Shown here piece by piece: positions 61,331 through 64,000 of a DNA stretch of 64,000 nucleotides. This stretch comes from Vicugna vicugna (lineage: Eukaryota), in contig MU058844.1 in assembly GCA_013265495.1 (NCBI GenBank), positions 4,035,895 through 4,099,894 of the forward strand, in the 5' to 3' direction. The position numbers were made by a program, and so were the translations under genes. The notes under the pieces were generated by a model. It was given only the letters and a program-made list of their open reading frames with translations. It searched no databases and had not been told where the DNA came from. How positions within the stretch are numbered: the first letter of the stretch is position 1; each line of letters opens with the position of its first letter.

Positions 61331-63370
61331 CCAAAAAAAAAAAAAATACTCTGTTATAGATGTTGAACACATTGTATGGTGACGGTGTTCTTTAGGTCTG
61401 TAGGTTCTCAAATTCATTGTAGTTTTGGAGTGAAATTTCAGTCGCCATTAAAAAAGCAAAAATATCTGCATAACAAATTGGCAAAGAATCTATTAAAGAG
61501 AACACTTAATATTGGAACAAGTTTTGAAAAAATAAAAATCTATGGCCATTTAATGATCATTAGCATGCCTCTGATTACAAAGAATGGATTTAATTCAAAA
61601 GAAAAATTTATCTTTAAAATGTTTTTAAGTTGTTTAAAATTAAAACTAGTAAAGCATTGAATGCATACAGCTGTTTCTCTATTTTAAAAAAACTGGCACA
61701 GAATTTCTTGGTCTTAAATAAGCATTTCAAAGACATTGCTTAATAGGAATACTAAAACACTCTTATTCAAACAGCAATTGTTTTCCAAACATTAGTTTAA
61801 GAAAGAACGTCTCTCTAGACTCAAGTATTAGAATATTTTACAGTTATCAGATTCCCTCTTTTCCCTTCCCATAGGTCCCCTGGCCAAATTATACCCATGT
61901 CAGGCCCAAGAGAAAATTCTCTCCTCTTAGAAGCTTCCCCTAGCCCTCCCCAACCCTCACATGGAAAAGCAGAGTTCATTGTTCCCCAGGCTGAAGTTCC
62001 ATTGTACATTGTAGACACCATTATTATAATTGTTGCCTTTGACTATCACCATTTACACGTGTAGCTATTTCTCCTGCTAGACTGAGGGCTCCATACAGAC
62101 AAGGGCCACTCCTACTAATAGGCAACAGAAACACAACGAAGAATAAAAAAGAATAAACCTTCCAACTAATCATGGTGGAATAGCAGCAAATTGGCAGAAC
62201 ACAAGCAGATTCCAGTACTATTCCTTTACTCAGAGAAAAATTCTGGCAGTGATTCTGTCTTGTCACTGTAGCTTACAACTGTAAAAATCTAGGCATTAAA
62301 AGAAGAGAGGCAATTAGTCAGGTGTTTGTTGGAAATCACTGAAAACCCTAACAATGAACTTTGGTGTCCCCAAATATAGGTTGGGGAAGGAGGCAGGATG
62401 TGTTGGAAGAAACGGGAAAAATACATCTTTTTCTAACATGTGTGCTTAAGACAAGGTAGCATAAAATTTGAATAAACAGTGAACTTGTATATGCTCCACC
62501 CACTAGAGCATTTCCTTGAAAAAAAAAATCTACTGTTGTGCTTAACTTTGGGCTATTTTTCTCATTGTGAGATGTGTCATTCTGAGGAAGAAATATATGT
62601 AACCGTCTCAGATAAGGGGAACAAGATGGTTAAGAAAGTGCTGAGATACTGCTAAACTGCTCTGGGCTCAACACAGCAAACAATGCTTTTGACTGAGCTG
62701 ATGGCTCTTTCCAAGGCAAAACAGAACCAGAATGCCTCAAAGAAACAGCAAGCCTACCAGTCGCCTGGGGCAATGGTCCTTTTTTAGGTTCTGTGACCTT
62801 TTGAAAACCTGACAGAAAAAAGTATATGATCTATTTCCAAGAAAAAGACATATATGCAGTTTTTTTTTTTTTTAATATCATGAGGTTCCAGAAGCCCATC
62901 CATCCTTGTGAGGATAAACCCCCTGAGGAAGTCAGATGCAGCTCCAGCAGAAGCAGCCAGACTGGTGGGCTTTGGAACTCATAACAGCAAAGACGACTTT
63001 CAGAGGCTAGGTGTAATCTTTCAGAGGCTGAGTCAGTCCTCTGGGAGACAAACAGAGTAGCTGCAAACTGAGTAAGAGGTTGCCATATGCTAAAAGCATT
63101 TGGGACCCCAAGCCAGAGGAAAATAGAGATATGTGAAATGAGTCTGAGGTAGGAGGTTCAGAGCATCACTTCCCTGCTCTATCTGTCTAAGTGAGGTTAC
63201 TCTGGGACAGTTTCTAGGCTGTAAGTGGGCATAGTCGTCTTTACTTCCCATCCTGGAGCACTCCCTTTGAAAAAACTTTGCAAGAAGGGAATACAAATCT
63301 TTGAAACTGGTGTGTCTCTAGCCCAGCATAACTCCTGTTGATGATCTCATAAGAATACTAAACGGGTGAC

Positions 63371-63891
63371 TGCATTAGCCAGGGTTCTTCAAAGAAATAG
63401 AATATATATACACATATACATACATACATACACACACATACATACACACGTATACATACATACATATATATAAAAAGAGATTTATTATAAAGAATTGGCT
63501 AATGTAAATACGGAGGCTGAGAAGTCTATAGTCTGCAAACTGGGTACTCTGAAGAGCTTATGTAATTATTTGAGTCTGAGTCTGAAGGCCCGTAAGTCAG
63601 GACCATTGATGGTATAAGTTTCAGTCCAAGTTTGATCCCAGGAGCAAGACTCAAAGACAGGCAGAGATAGGGAATTCTTTCTTACTCTGCCAATTTTTAT
63701 TCTATTCAAGCCTTCAACGGATTGGATGAGGCCCACCCACATTGAATAGAGCAATCTGCTTTACTCAGTCTGCCAATTTAAATCTCATTCTCACCCAGAA
63801 ACACCCTCACAAAAAATCCAGAATAATGTTTAACCAACTATCTGAGTACCCCATGGCCCAGTCAAGTTGACATATGAAATTAACTAACACA
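63371..63891 (-). mobile_element. ERVL MLT2 (MLT2B-like) solo LTR with internal (TACA/CA/TA)n
   Basis: tgcattagccagggttct...gatttattataaagaattggct...gattggatgaggcccacccacattg...cagtcaagttgacatatgaaattaactaacaca. Decayed 5-bp TSD gtgac/atgat. Confidence 0.92.
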
Positions 63892-64000
63892 ATGATTTCT
63901 AGTAGAAGGACCTTGGAAACGTCTAGGGAATCCAACCATAGTCCAGAGAAGAACATTAAAAAGTCTTCAGTCAGCTATTGCTGACTATTATAAATATATT

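Overview
AT-rich, CpG-poor mammalian genomic DNA. It is most likely camelid (alpaca/llama/camel), based on two tRNA-derived Vic-1-like SINEs and cetartiodactyl-type young L1 3' ends. Much of the window is decayed transposable element: L2, MIR, HAL1, old L1M/L1MB/L1MC, young L1, ERVL/MaLR LTRs, an ERVL internal remnant, and Tigger/MER DNA transposons. I could not recognise any protein-coding gene, RNA gene, CpG island or CRISPR array. The supplied ORFs are chance ORFs or broken L1 ORF2/ERVL pol fragments. The window looks like a large intron (host possibly on the minus strand) or intergenic DNA. I found no evidence of a novel biological system. The best observations are retrotransposition and repair footprints: a twin-primed 5'-inverted L1, two young L1s sharing a 5' breakpoint, a chimeric L1 3' end, and a 620-bp captured segment inside an L1. 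There is also an unclassified LTR-like insert, a 22-bp palindrome, a G4 motif, candidate enhancers and speculative minus-strand exons. Repeat family names come from recalled consensus sequences, not a database search, and most boundaries are approximate.
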